Source: Deltaproteobacteria bacterium
GTDB taxonomy: Bacteria; Myxococcota_A; Polyangia; Haliangiales; J016
DNA: 64,000 bases
Reading direction: 5' to 3'
NCBI GenBank assembly: GCA_003696105.1
Contig: RFGE01000087.1
Span: 3,705-67,704 of the forward strand
Both the position numbers and the translations under genes were made by a program. Shown here one piece after another: positions 1-13,791 of the stretch. Every line of letters starts with the position of its first letter. Position 1 is the first letter of the stretch. The notes below the pieces were generated by a model. That model was not told the origin of the DNA. It ran no database searches and worked only from the letters and a program-made list of their open reading frames with translations.

Positions 1-548
1 CCGCGATTGCGCTGTTCTTCCTGTACCCGCGCCCGACGTCGGCGCCCCAGCCGATCGCGACCGCACCGCACGGCGCCGGCCCCGTCGCGGCCAGCCCCGT
101 CGCCGACGACCCGGAACTCGATCCGTTGCGTGTCGCCAGCGGCGCGCACACCGGCCGGCCGGTGACGGTGACGAGCCAGAATGCGCCCGAGGTCGAGCGC
201 GAGTTGTCGCGCGCGATCGGCATTCCCGTGCGGCTGCCGCTTGCGCCGCTGCGCACTCGGCCGGCCGCCGCGCAGATCGTTCACTTCGGTCGCGATCGCC
301 TCGGAGCACAGCTCGCGTTCGATTTCGATGACGGCAACGCGAGCGTGTTCGTGTTCGATGCGCGCGGTCTCCGACTGCGCCGCACCGGCCGCGTCAGGCG
401 GGTCGGCGACACCGACGTCCTGGTCGAGACGGAGGCGGGCTATCGCAAGCTGTGGGTCGTGCGCGACGGCGTCGGCTACATCGTCGTCACCGATCAGCCG
501 GAGGAGCGCGCGCTCGAGTTCCTCCAAAGCTCGCTCGGGATACGCTAA
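1..548 (+). CDS. hypothetical single-pass membrane protein, 5' end outside window
   Basis: Frame 3 is open from the window edge into the listed 126..548 ORF. The translation begins ..AIALFFLYP (hydrophobic, TM-like), followed by a Pro/Ala linker and a ~130-aa C-terminal domain, with stop TAA at 546-548. The topology is reminiscent of anti-sigma-type proteins, but no diagnostic motif is present. Confidence 0.5.
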   Translation, partial: AIALFFLYPRPTSAPQPIATAPHGAGPVAASPVADDPELDPLRVASGAHTGRPVTVTSQNAPEVERELSRAIGIPVRLPLAPLRTRPAAAQIVHFGRDRLGAQLAFDFDDGNASVFVFDARGLRLRRTGRVRRVGDTDVLVETEAGYRKLWVVRDGVGYIVVTDQPEERALEFLQSSLGIR

Positions 549-623
549 GCGCGCGAGATTGGCCAGTTCTTTGCCGGCGGTCGCGTTGCGTCCGCGCCGC
601 CGGCCGGGATAGACTGATCCGGC

Positions 624-3200
624 ATGAGCGCGCGCCGGATCCTGCTGATCGATAGCGACCCCGACTTTCACCAGCGACTGCAGGACAACTTCGGCCCCTA
701 CGGGTTCGAGATCGTCACCGCGCCGGAGGATCCCTCGTCGCTCGCGAAGGTGAGCGAGCTGGCGCCCGACCTGATCTTCATCGCCGTCGAGCTGCCCGAC
801 AAGACCGGCTATTCGCTGTGCAACAAGGCCAAAAAGGGCGTCGCCAAGAAGATCCCAGTGGTGTTGACCACGGCGTCGGTACCGCCGTCCGGGTTTGCGA
901 GCCACCGCAAACTGAAGGTGCACGCCGACGAGTACCTCGACAAGCGCACGCTGTCGGACGACGAGCTGATGGAAAAGATCGGCGCGCTGGTCGACCTGGG
1001 TGCGGCCACCGGGGGTAACGAGTTCGACCTGCCGGTGGAGGTCGAGGAGATCGCGGTCGAAGACGGCGAAGAGATCCTGATCGAAGACCTGTCGGACGAC
1101 ATTGAAATCGACGACTCCTCCGCCGAGGAGCTGCCGCCGCCGGACGAGTTCGACGAGATCGAGGTCGAAGCCGACGCGGCAGCACCTGCCGAGGCATTGC
1201 CGGCCGAGCCGAGCAGCCCGTTTAGCGAGATCGACACCGGTGCGGCCGACGAATTCGGCGGCGACGAGTTCGACGACGGCGCCACGCGCGTCGCCGCGCC
1301 GTCGATGTTGGTCGATCACGACGTCGAAGAGGAGACGGAGGCCGCGTTCGCGATGCTCGGCATCGACGACGGCGCGGGCGACGAGGCGGACGCGGCGACG
1401 TATAGCGGCTCTGACGTTCCGGTGCAGATGTTCGACGAGCTAGACCGGGCGGCCGATGCGGAAGCCGCGGTCGCGGCCGCACGCGAATCGCATGCGATGG
1501 CCGCGGCGGAGCCAGAGCCGCTGCCGGAGCCCGGCGACGAGCCGGCACCGCCGCTCGCCGGCGATGGCGGCGCGATCCCGGAACCGGTGCCGCACGAGGG
1601 GTCCGCATCGGGCGCCGACGACCTCGACCTCGGTCTCGACGCGGTGGCCGAGATGGCCGTCGAGGAAAAGTCAGGCCTCCGCGACAGCGAGCGCGTCGCA
1701 CAACTCGAGGCCGAGATCGAGCGGCTGCGCGCCGAACTCGAGCGAGCCCGCGCCGACGCGGGCACGTCCGAGTTCTCGCGCGAGCGCGAGTTTCTGAACC
1801 TGCGAGAGGTCATCAACAAAAAGGAAAAGGAGATCCTCGACCTCCGCGACGAGATCAGCTCGAAGGACCGTCAGATCCTCGACGGCAAGGAGCGCATTCA
1901 GGAACTCGAGCGCCTGCGCGCCGACCTCGAAGAAAAACAACTCGGCCTCGAACAAAAGCTGCTCGAGGCCAACGAGAAGATCGCCACCGGCGACAAGGCG
2001 CTGGCCGACCTACGCCGTCAAGTGGACGATCTCGACCAGCAGCTCGCGTCGCTGCGCACCGAATTGGCGACCGCCCGCGAACAGCTCGCGGCAGCCGAAG
2101 CCCGGCTCGCACAAACCGCCGCGGACCACGCTGCGGCGCTCGAGCGCAAGGAGGCCGAGCACGCCGACCAGCTCGCGGCGCGCGACCGGCAGCACGAGGA
2201 GGCGCTCGCCGCGCTGCGAGCCGAACTGGAAGCGGACAAGGTGCAAGCGATCGACGCGCTGCGGGCCGAGCACACCGACGAGCTGGCGGCGCTCGCGAAG
2301 GCACACGAGCGCGAGCTGGAAGCGAAGACCAAGGAACTCGAACAGGCGCTCGAAGCGGCCGCGGCGGACAAGGCGAGCGCGCTGGCCAAGGCGGAAGAGC
2401 GGCGCGAGGAGGATCTGGCGGCCGCAGCCGCGAAGGCGGCCGAGGAACTCGAACAGCTGCGCCGGCAACTCGAGCAGGACAAGGCCGCGGCGCTGGAGGC
2501 GGCCGAGGCCAAGCGCGTTGCGGACCTCGACGCGGCGATGGAACAGGCCAAGGCGGACGTGGCGGCCGCCGAGGCGCGCGGCGCGGAAGCGCTCGAAGCG
2601 CTGCGCGCCGAACACGCCAAAGCGATCGCTGCACTCGAGGCCGAGCGCGACGAGGCGCTGGCCGCCGCCAAGGCCGAGCGCGACGAGGCGCTGGCCGCCG
2701 CCGAGGCCGAGCGCGACGAGGCGGAGCGCGCCTTGCGCGCGCAGTTCGACGCCGAGCGCGAACAGCTGTCGCGCGACCACGCCGAGGCGATCGCCGCGCT
2801 CGAACAGCAGCGCGGCGAGCTCGAGCGCGGGCTCGCGGGCGCACGAGAGCGGACGGCGGAGCTCGAGGCCGAGATCGAATCGCTGCGCGCAAAGCTGGCC
2901 GAACGCGACGCGGAGTTGCAGAAACTGCGCGACACGCTCGAGGCGCGCGACTCGCGCATTGCCTCGCTCAAGGCGAAACAGGCTGAACTCGAGGCCGAGT
3001 CGGCGCGCTACCAGGAACAGGTGCTCGACGCGCGGCGCAAGCTCAAGGCCGACGCCGAGGTCGCGGCGCGCGCCAAGAAGGCGCTCGCGATCGCGCTCAC
3101 GCTCCTCGACCAGCACGGCGCGGACGACGCGGACGCGAGCGTCGACGCGGCGGTCCGCGCCGACGCGGCCGACGGCGCCGAAGACAGCTCCGAGCTGTAG
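624..3200 (+). CDS. FrzS/AglZ-like protein: N-terminal pseudo-receiver domain, acidic spacer, long coiled coil
   Basis: 858-aa ORF. The N-terminus has a CheY-like fold ([10 protein letters not shown]...[16 protein letters not shown]...[15 protein letters not shown]) with Ala at the phospho-acceptor position. Residues ~130-340 are extremely D/E-rich. Residues ~345-800 are an A/E/R/L heptad-like coiled coil. Confidence 0.85.
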   Translation: MSARRILLIDSDPDFHQRLQDNFGPYGFEIVTAPEDPSSLAKVSELAPDLIFIAVELPDKTGYSLCNKAKKGVAKKIPVVLTTASVPPSGFASHRKLKVHADEYLDKRTLSDDELMEKIGALVDLGAATGGNEFDLPVEVEEIAVEDGEEILIEDLSDDIEIDDSSAEELPPPDEFDEIEVEADAAAPAEALPAEPSSPFSEIDTGAADEFGGDEFDDGATRVAAPSMLVDHDVEEETEAAFAMLGIDDGAGDEADAATYSGSDVPVQMFDELDRAADAEAAVAAARESHAMAAAEPEPLPEPGDEPAPPLAGDGGAIPEPVPHEGSASGADDLDLGLDAVAEMAVEEKSGLRDSERVAQLEAEIERLRAELERARADAGTSEFSREREFLNLREVINKKEKEILDLRDEISSKDRQILDGKERIQELERLRADLEEKQLGLEQKLLEANEKIATGDKALADLRRQVDDLDQQLASLRTELATAREQLAAAEARLAQTAADHAAALERKEAEHADQLAARDRQHEEALAALRAELEADKVQAIDALRAEHTDELAALAKAHERELEAKTKELEQALEAAAADKASALAKAEERREEDLAAAAAKAAEELEQLRRQLEQDKAAALEAAEAKRVADLDAAMEQAKADVAAAEARGAEALEALRAEHAKAIAALEAERDEALAAAKAERDEALAAAEAERDEAERALRAQFDAEREQLSRDHAEAIAALEQQRGELERGLAGARERTAELEAEIESLRAKLAERDAELQKLRDTLEARDSRIASLKAKQAELEAESARYQEQVLDARRKLKADAEVAARAKKALAIALTLLDQHGADDADASVDAAVRADAADGAEDSSEL
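2640..2726 (+). repeat. in-frame 33-bp tandem repeat (2 full copies plus a partial) inside the coiled-coil gene
   Basis: The unit gccgagcgcgacgaggcgctggccgccgcc(aag/gag) is repeated at 2640, 2673 and 2706 (partial). It encodes [11 protein letters not shown] / [11 protein letters not shown] / AERDEAE. Confidence 0.9.
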
Positions 3201-3255
3201 CGCGGCTCGGGCGCGGGCATCCGCGCAGCGCCCCTACCGGCCCGCACCGCGGACG

Positions 3256-4392
3256 TCACCCTGCCGCGGATTCGTCTTCGGCGCCGACCGGCCGCAGGTT
3301 CTCGTAATCCTCGCGGTACAGCACGCCGATGTGCCGCCGGCAGAACACGTCGACCAGTTCCGGGTCGAACATCTTGCCCGCGTTGCGTCGAAGAATGCGC
3401 TCGGACTCGTCGAGCGGCAGCGCGACCTTGTACGGCCGATCGGTCGCCAGCGCATCGTACGCGTCCGCGATCGCGACGATCCGCGCCGACAGTGGGATGT
3501 TGTCGCCGGCGAGGCCGTCGGGGTAGCCGTGACCGTCCCAGCGTTCGTGATGGTTGCGCACCGCCGGCATGATCGGGTGCAGAATCGAGATTTGCTTGGC
3601 GATCTCGTAGCCGATGACCGGGTGTTCGCGCATGTGCTGCCACTCGTCTTCGTCGAGCGGTCCCGGCTTGAGAAGCACGCTGTCGCGCACGCCGATCTTG
3701 CCGATGTCGTGCAAGAACGCACCAAACTCCAGCGTCTCCATCTCCTCGGCCCGCCAGCCGACCTGCTCGGCGAGCGCGAGCGCGTAGCCGGCGACCCGGC
3801 CGCAGTGGCCCTTGGTGTAGGCATCCTTGGCCTCGATCGCCTCCGCGAGCCCGAATAGCGCCTGCCGGTGCGCCGCCTTGAGCCGCTGATAGCTCTCCTC
3901 GAGTTCTTTGGTGCGCTCCTTGACCACGACGTCGAGCAGCTTCTCGCGCTTTTGCAGCTTGTCGTATTCGCTGCCCAGCCGGCGCACGAGTTCTCGTTGC
4001 TCTCGCAACAAAGACTGCAACTTGACCCCCTCGGCGACGAGCGCCGCGAGGTTGCCGCGCTGCGGGCTGCGGCCGATCACCCGAAAAATCGCGTGGTCGA
4101 ACGGCTCGCGCGCATCCACGTCGGCCTCCGCCGCCCCGTCGCGCAACAGCACGATGCGCATCGCGTCCGGCCGGTACAGCGCGCTGCGCAACAGCAGGTC
4201 GATTCCGTCGAGCAGCGGCGGTTTGTGGCCGGCGATCACGATCGCGTACGGGTGGGCCTGCAGCTTGTGCAGCCCCTCGGTCGCCGACCGCGCGGTGTGC
4301 ACGCGCAGCGCCGGGCTCGACAGCGCCTCGACGACCTCTCCCAGCGCCTCGGGCTGGTTGTGGACGACGAGTGCGAGCAGTTCTGACGCCAC
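3256..4392 (-). CDS. HD-GYP domain c-di-GMP phosphodiesterase-type protein with degenerate N-terminal receiver
   Basis: 378 aa with a GTG start. Motifs FLHDIGK and HHERWDGHGYPDGL (HD-GYP) are intact. The N-terminal receiver-like region has HN in place of the DD pair and AIVIAGHKPPLLDG, with no acceptor Asp. Confidence 0.85.
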   Translation of the reverse strand: MASELLALVVHNQPEALGEVVEALSSPALRVHTARSATEGLHKLQAHPYAIVIAGHKPPLLDGIDLLLRSALYRPDAMRIVLLRDGAAEADVDAREPFDHAIFRVIGRSPQRGNLAALVAEGVKLQSLLREQRELVRRLGSEYDKLQKREKLLDVVVKERTKELEESYQRLKAAHRQALFGLAEAIEAKDAYTKGHCGRVAGYALALAEQVGWRAEEMETLEFGAFLHDIGKIGVRDSVLLKPGPLDEDEWQHMREHPVIGYEIAKQISILHPIMPAVRNHHERWDGHGYPDGLAGDNIPLSARIVAIADAYDALATDRPYKVALPLDESERILRRNAGKMFDPELVDVFCRRHIGVLYREDYENLRPVGAEDESAAG

Positions 4393-4400
4393 CGCAGACG

Positions 4401-4423
4401 ATTATAGTGAATCGCGCTATAAA
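4401..4423. promoter_or_regulatory. back-to-back -10-like hexamers / inverted repeat in a 42-bp divergent intergenic region
   Basis: The sequence attatagtgaatcgcgctataaa contains TTATAG-N9-CTATAA. It reads TATAAT on the minus strand (4406..4401) and TATAAA on the plus strand (4418..4423). Each lies only ~8-12 nt from the respective start codon (GTG 4392, ATG 4435). Confidence 0.35.
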
Positions 4424-4434
4424 CCGGGCGACGG

Positions 4435-6102
<1,668 letters not shown>

Positions 6103-6176
6103 ACGCCGACGGCGCCCGATGCGGCGCCCACCCCGGCGATTTGCGCCGCGGATCGCGTTTCGTTACGGTGCGGTGC

Positions 6177-8483
<2,307 letters not shown>

Positions 8484-8541
8484 GCGCCGCAACTGGCGCC
8501 CGATTGGACCCGCTCGCTGCACTTCGTCACGACCACACGCC

Positions 8542-9117
8542 ATGACTCGACGAAACGAACCGATCACGATCGTCTCCGGCCTGCCGCGGTCGGGCACGTC
8601 TCTCATGATGCAGATGCTCCACCGCGGCGGCCTTCCGGTGCTGTCCGACGGCGAGCGCACGGCCGACGACGACAACCCGCGCGGCTACTTTGAACTCGAG
8701 GCGGTCAAGGCGACCGCGCGCGACGCGTCGTGGGTCGCGGAAGCCGAGGGCAAGGTGGTGAAGGTCATCTCCGAGTTGCTCCCGCACCTGCCCGCCGACC
8801 GCACCTACCGCGTGATCTTCATGCGGCGCCGCCTCGACGAGGTGCTCGCGTCGCAGCGGCGCATGTTGCAGCGGCGCGGCGAGCCGCTCGGCGACGACGA
8901 CGCGATGCGCAGCCTGTTCGCGCGCCACGTCGAGCGCGCGGAACGGTTCTTGCGCGACGCCGACCACATGACCGCGCTGTACGTGAGCTACAACCGGCTC
9001 GTCGCCGACCCGGCCGCGCAGGCCGCACGCGTCGCGGCATTTCTCGGCGGCATCGTCGACCCCGCCGCGATGGCCGCCGCGGTCGACCCGAGCCTGTACC
9101 GCAATCGCACGCAGTAG
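8542..9117 (+). CDS. sulfotransferase-family protein
   Basis: The internal ATG at 8542 gives [26 protein letters not shown], a PAPS 5'-phosphosulfate-binding-loop-like PRSGTS. The product is ~191 aa, a typical size. The upstream part of the listed ORF is R/P-rich junk. Confidence 0.7.
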   Translation: MTRRNEPITIVSGLPRSGTSLMMQMLHRGGLPVLSDGERTADDDNPRGYFELEAVKATARDASWVAEAEGKVVKVISELLPHLPADRTYRVIFMRRRLDEVLASQRRMLQRRGEPLGDDDAMRSLFARHVERAERFLRDADHMTALYVSYNRLVADPAAQAARVAAFLGGIVDPAAMAAAVDPSLYRNRTQ

Positions 9118-9244
9118 CTTGCGACCGCGCGCGGCTCGCCGCGCGCAACGATTGCGCCACCGCCCGGATCGCACCGGCCGACCATGGTGGGTTCGCTCCG
9201 TGCGGCGCTCACCGGCCTTCCCGCCCCGGGGGCCGTCTGTTACG

Positions 9245-11722
9245 ATGGTCGGAATGCGCACATCACTGGGGGGAATTGTCGCCGTCTCGCTCGCCATCGG
9301 CTGTGGTGGCGGCGGCGACGGCGATGCGGGAAGCGGCGCCGACGGCGGCAGTAGCGTGGACGCGGGGGCCACCGACGCCGGCGACGACGCCGGGCCGCCC
9401 GAGGACTACACGATCGACGCATTCGGCTACGTCGATCCGAATCCGGCGGACTACCACCCCCTGCCGGATCCACGCACGACGCTGCTGCGCATGCAGGAGG
9501 TCGCGACGGTGATCCCGCAGGGCGGACACGGCGGCACCGTGGCGGACGACCCGCGGGCGGGCGGATCGCTCGGAACGCTGCCGGCCGACCCGCAAGCGGC
9601 CGACCGGCGCATCTATCAGACGCTGGCGGCCAACCTCGACGGCGACGGCAGCGACGAGATCGTGCTGGCCCAGTTGGAAACCGCAACCGGCTACGTTCGG
9701 GTGCGAATCATCGACTCCGCACCGATGAATCACTTCTTCCGGGAATTCGAGATCGCGGACGACGTCGCCGTCGACGACCTCTCCGTGGCGGCGGCCGACG
9801 TGGACGGCGATTCGAAGGACGAACTCATCGTCGCCGTCGGCGGCGCAGCCAACGTCGGGTGGATACGCGTCTACGACGATCTCGACGCGTCGTTCGCGCT
9901 GATCACGGAGCTCGCGAGCGTGTCGAAGGGCGTTCGCAACGTGGCGGTAGCCGCCAGCGACGTCGACGGCGATGGCGAGCCCGAGTTCGGCATCTTTCTC
10001 AACTGGCAGAGCACAAACGGCATCGTCTACATGATGTACGACGACCTCGCCGGTGGCGGCGGCGGGCTGAACTCGAGCGTCCTCACAGCGTCCTCATTCG
10101 GCACCGATCCCAACCTGACGATGGACCGGGTCGTGCTGCACGGAGGAAACTTCGACGACGATCCCGAGGGCGAGATCCTCGTCGTCGCCCACGTGAGCGA
10201 CAATGACACCTACGCTCTTCGCTACTACGTCATCAAATATGACGGCGGTGCACAGATTGTGCATCAACGAGACCTGGACGTGCTGTCGGGAAATTTCAGC
10301 GGCTACACCCCGGTCGGCAACCGCTGGCCGTGGCGGTCGACCGTCGCCGACATGAACGGAGACGGTACGCACGAACTCGTCACGATCGCGCGACTGAGCA
10401 ACGATCCGGACTACGACCTCACCGTCACGCATTACCCGATGCCGGCCGAAGCGGATCGATGGACCAGCGGCATCCGCGGCGCCGCCTCCCTGGCCGCGAT
10501 GTCCGTCTCCGGCACCGCGCTCGGCCACGTCGTGGCCGTCGCCGACAAGGGGACGGCCGACGACCAGCCCGACGACTTCGGCGATGCGATCGTCGCCACC
10601 GCGCGCGACGGCGACTCGCTCGTGACGACGCGGTTCGGCGCCGTCGTCGACCAGGTCGGCCCGCCGTCGGTACACCGGTTCGTGTCGCAAACCCCCGTCG
10701 TGTCGACCGTTCCGGACACCGATCGGCCACCTTGGCAGGTCGCTGGCGATTTCGACGCCGACTCCGTCGTGCTCCGTTACACCGGTGAAAAGACGCTTGC
10801 GTTGGCCGACCCGATGCCGATCGCGATCCTCGCGGCACCGCCGACGCTGGCCGGCTCGTCCCAGCGGCACGATTTGAGCGACACCGGCTATGGCAGCGCC
10901 GTGACCATGGGCTCGAGCGAATCCGTCGAGATCGGTGTGACCACTCGCGTGACGTTCACGACCGGCGCGAGCATTCCCAAGGTCGGGCTGGACCTGTACG
11001 AGGTCGAAAAGAACTTCGACGAGGCGTTTTCCGCGCGCAACGTGTCGTCCGAGCGCGTCACCTACGGAACGAGCTTCCGCGGCGCGTCGGACGCAGACAC
11101 CATCGTGTTCCAGGGCACTCTGTACAACTCGTACGCGTACGAAGTCGTGAGCGCCCTCGACCCCGGCGAGATCGGCAAGGAAGTCCGCATCGATGTCCCC
11201 GTCGAGACGCGCATCTACAAGTGGACGATCCCGTTTTTCAACTCGGTGCTGGCCGATCGCGGCTGGGCGATCGACGATTCGGTGTTCGACCACGTCATCG
11301 GCGATCCGGCCAGCTACCCGACGTCGGCCGAGCGCGACGCCATCCTGGCGGACACGACCGGCTGGCGGTCGCTGCCGGCAACCGTCGGCCAGGGCAACGG
11401 CACGGTCGAGGTGACGATCGACCTCGAGCAGGAGGTGGCCACGACGGAGCAGCGCACGCGGAGCAATCAGACGACCATGCGCGGTCCGCTCAACAATCTG
11501 CTGTGCGCGGCGGGCAATCCGAGCTGCACGACCATCGGCTTCCGCGACAGCAGCGCGTACACCGTCACCGCGGGGACGAGCACGCACTACGCCGGTCGCG
11601 TCGGCGACATTCCCGACACGGACGAGTGGACCAGCTCGCACTACGGGTTCGGCCTGTTCGTCTACTGGCACACGCTCGCCAACGGCACGCAGGTGCAGGT
11701 CCTCAACTACTGGACGGAGTAG
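9245..11722 (+). CDS. lipoprotein with FG-GAP/VCBS-type Ca-binding repeats and large unassigned C-terminal region
   Basis: Signal and lipobox are M(VGM)RTSLGGIVAVSLAIGCGGGGDGD. Repeated motifs are DGDGSDEIV, DVDGDSKDELIV, DVDGDGEPEF and DMNGDGTHELV. The start is ambiguous between 9245 and 9254. Confidence 0.75.
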   Translation: MVGMRTSLGGIVAVSLAIGCGGGGDGDAGSGADGGSSVDAGATDAGDDAGPPEDYTIDAFGYVDPNPADYHPLPDPRTTLLRMQEVATVIPQGGHGGTVADDPRAGGSLGTLPADPQAADRRIYQTLAANLDGDGSDEIVLAQLETATGYVRVRIIDSAPMNHFFREFEIADDVAVDDLSVAAADVDGDSKDELIVAVGGAANVGWIRVYDDLDASFALITELASVSKGVRNVAVAASDVDGDGEPEFGIFLNWQSTNGIVYMMYDDLAGGGGGLNSSVLTASSFGTDPNLTMDRVVLHGGNFDDDPEGEILVVAHVSDNDTYALRYYVIKYDGGAQIVHQRDLDVLSGNFSGYTPVGNRWPWRSTVADMNGDGTHELVTIARLSNDPDYDLTVTHYPMPAEADRWTSGIRGAASLAAMSVSGTALGHVVAVADKGTADDQPDDFGDAIVATARDGDSLVTTRFGAVVDQVGPPSVHRFVSQTPVVSTVPDTDRPPWQVAGDFDADSVVLRYTGEKTLALADPMPIAILAAPPTLAGSSQRHDLSDTGYGSAVTMGSSESVEIGVTTRVTFTTGASIPKVGLDLYEVEKNFDEAFSARNVSSERVTYGTSFRGASDADTIVFQGTLYNSYAYEVVSALDPGEIGKEVRIDVPVETRIYKWTIPFFNSVLADRGWAIDDSVFDHVIGDPASYPTSAERDAILADTTGWRSLPATVGQGNGTVEVTIDLEQEVATTEQRTRSNQTTMRGPLNNLLCAAGNPSCTTIGFRDSSAYTVTAGTSTHYAGRVGDIPDTDEWTSSHYGFGLFVYWHTLANGTQVQVLNYWTE

Positions 11723-11740
11723 CGGGCCGCCGGTGCGGGG

Positions 11741-12856
11741 TCAGTCGCGCCGGTACGGCAGGTACGTCGCGTAGGCGCGCATCTGCGCGGCGACCTCCTG
11801 CGCCTCTCGCGCGATGAACGCGCGTACGGCGCGGTCGAGTTCGGGATGGCGCAGCCAGTGGGCGCTGAACGTCGGGCTGGGCGCAAACCCGCGCAGCAGT
11901 TTGTGCTCGCCCTGCGCGCCGGCCTCGAACAGCGGAATGCGCCGCGCGATGCAGCGCTCGATGCCCTGATAGGCCGCCAACTCGAAGTGCAGGCAGTCCA
12001 CGTCGACCGTGCTGCCCCAGTACCGGCCGTACAGCGCGCGCTCGGTCTCGAGATAGATCGCGCCGGCGATCGTGCGCGCGCCGCGGCGCGCCCGCACGAA
12101 CTGCACCCGATGGGGCAGATACGCGCGCAGTCGGTCGAAAAACCCCGGCCGCAGATACGCCTGCCCCCAGTGGCGGGCGACGTTGCGCCGGTACAGCGCG
12201 TCCATCGCCGCGACGTCCGCGTCCGTCAACGCGCCACCGGCCACCCAGTCGATCGCATCGACCGCCTCGGCCGCGCGCCGCCGCTCCTTGCGAAACTGCT
12301 TGCGCTTGCGCGACGACAGCCGCGCGAGGAAGTCGTCGAACGACGCATACCCGGCGTTGTGCCAGTGGAATTGGTAGCTCGCGCGCGCCGCATATCCCAT
12401 GCGGGCCAACGCCTGCTGCTCCGCCTCGGTACAAAACAACCAGTGGATGGAGTGGCACCCGACGAGGTCGGCCACCTCGCGCACGCCGTGCACGAGTGCA
12501 TGGACGACGGCCTCCTCGTCGCTCACGTCCGGGTGCACGAGCAGCCGCCGGCCCGTGGCGGGCGTCACTGGCGCGGCCACGACGAGTTTCGGAAAGTACG
12601 GGATGCCGGCGCGCTCCGCGGCCCGCGCCCACGCGAAATCGAAGATGTACTCGCCGTAACCGTGCAGCTTGACGAACGTGGCGACCGCGCCGGCGAGCCG
12701 ACCCGGCTCCGTCTCGGCGAGCACGTAGCGCGGAATCCACCCGGTGTCGGCGCCGATCGACCCGCTGTCCTCGAGCGCGCGCAAAAACCCGTGTTCGAGA
12801 AACGGCGACGGCCCATGGTCGAGCGCGTCCCACGCGGCGGCATCGACCGCCGCCAC
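11741..12856 (-). CDS. FemAB-like / DUF482-type (GNAT-fold) protein
   Basis: 371 aa. Motifs FLEHGFL, HGYGEYIFDFAW, LYGRYWG and FEAGAQGEHK are as I recall for the COG3146 family. The family assignment is from memory. Confidence 0.7.
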   Translation of the reverse strand: MAAVDAAAWDALDHGPSPFLEHGFLRALEDSGSIGADTGWIPRYVLAETEPGRLAGAVATFVKLHGYGEYIFDFAWARAAERAGIPYFPKLVVAAPVTPATGRRLLVHPDVSDEEAVVHALVHGVREVADLVGCHSIHWLFCTEAEQQALARMGYAARASYQFHWHNAGYASFDDFLARLSSRKRKQFRKERRRAAEAVDAIDWVAGGALTDADVAAMDALYRRNVARHWGQAYLRPGFFDRLRAYLPHRVQFVRARRGARTIAGAIYLETERALYGRYWGSTVDVDCLHFELAAYQGIERCIARRIPLFEAGAQGEHKLLRGFAPSPTFSAHWLRHPELDRAVRAFIAREAQEVAAQMRAYATYLPYRRD

Positions 12857-12936
12857 GCTATCGACGACGCGAAGCGTCAGCGAAAGTTGTCCGGCACCGA
12901 TGTCCTGCGGTATAGCACGGTCGTCGGAGGCTACCG

Positions 12937-13791
12937 ATGGTGAAGCTGGCGTGCTCGACCGTGTTTGCCCTGGTGCTGGCCGCCGCGTGTGGCGGCGGTG
13001 ACGACGACGACGACGCGACGGTCGACGCGGCCCCGGCCCCCGATGCCGACGTCCGCGGCACCGTGAGCTTCGCGTGGTCGCTGTCCGACGGCAGCGGCCC
13101 GATCACCTGTGACGACGTCGGCGCCGACGCGGTGTCGATCAGCCTCCTGCCGGTCGGCGTTCAAGGGGGCACCAGCGACGTCAGCGGCTGCCCGAACGGC
13201 GCGAGCTCCGGCACGTTCCAAAGTCGAGGCGTGCCGCCGCGCGACTACGACGTCGAGATCACGATCAGCGCGGCGCAGGGGGACCTGATCGACGAGCCAA
13301 TTCGCTTCAAGGGTGTCACGGTGGCGCCGGCGCAGGACACCGCGCTAGGCGACGTCGAGTTCGTCGTCGATCCCGTCGGCAACCTGACGTTCTCCCTGCG
13401 CGCGCTCGAGCCGGGCGGCAACTGCGCGCCAGTCGACGACGACGGCGCCGCCATCACCAAGTTCGAACTCGAACTGTCCCAGGGAGGGACGTGCGTACCG
13501 GTCGACTTTGCGATCCACGACCCGACCGGCGTACTCGAAGCGACCTACGCGACGACGTGTGCCGGCGAGCAGCACGATGCGTGCATCCCCGAGGACCGAG
13601 AGCTGCGCGTCGCGGACATCGGATCGGGGCCGACCCGACTGTCGGTCGTCGGCTATCGCGACGGCGATCTACCGTGTTACGTCACGACCGCTGACATCGA
13701 CGTGCCGGGCAACGACCTCACCGCGGCGGTCGGCGCGATCTCCATCCCGCTCGACATGAGCAACGACGCGTGCGCGCCGCCGATGCCGTAG
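12937..13791 (+). CDS. secreted lipoprotein, unknown function
   Basis: MVKLACSTVFALVLAAACGGGDDDDD provides a lipobox followed by an Asp linker. The ORF is 284 aa with high GC3 and several conserved-looking Cys pairs. Confidence 0.7.
   Translation: MVKLACSTVFALVLAAACGGGDDDDDATVDAAPAPDADVRGTVSFAWSLSDGSGPITCDDVGADAVSISLLPVGVQGGTSDVSGCPNGASSGTFQSRGVPPRDYDVEITISAAQGDLIDEPIRFKGVTVAPAQDTALGDVEFVVDPVGNLTFSLRALEPGGNCAPVDDDGAAITKFELELSQGGTCVPVDFAIHDPTGVLEATYATTCAGEQHDACIPEDRELRVADIGSGPTRLSVVGYRDGDLPCYVTTADIDVPGNDLTAAVGAISIPLDMSNDACAPPMP

Noticed and set aside
778-3116. Multiple long antisense or off-frame ORFs within the coiled-coil gene (e.g. 1855..2892 -, 2010..3116 -, 2518..3858 +)
   Set aside because: They mirror the repetitive GCN/GAG-rich coding strand, and their products are poly-Arg/Ser/Pro strings. 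The sense frame has a recognisable receiver domain and heptad pattern.
3211-3226. GCGCGG-gcat-CCGCGC hairpin between the convergent coiled-coil and HD-GYP genes as a bidirectional terminator
   Set aside because: It has only a 6-bp stem and no U/A tracts on either side. Such GC palindromes arise frequently in this composition, so it is not reported as a feature.
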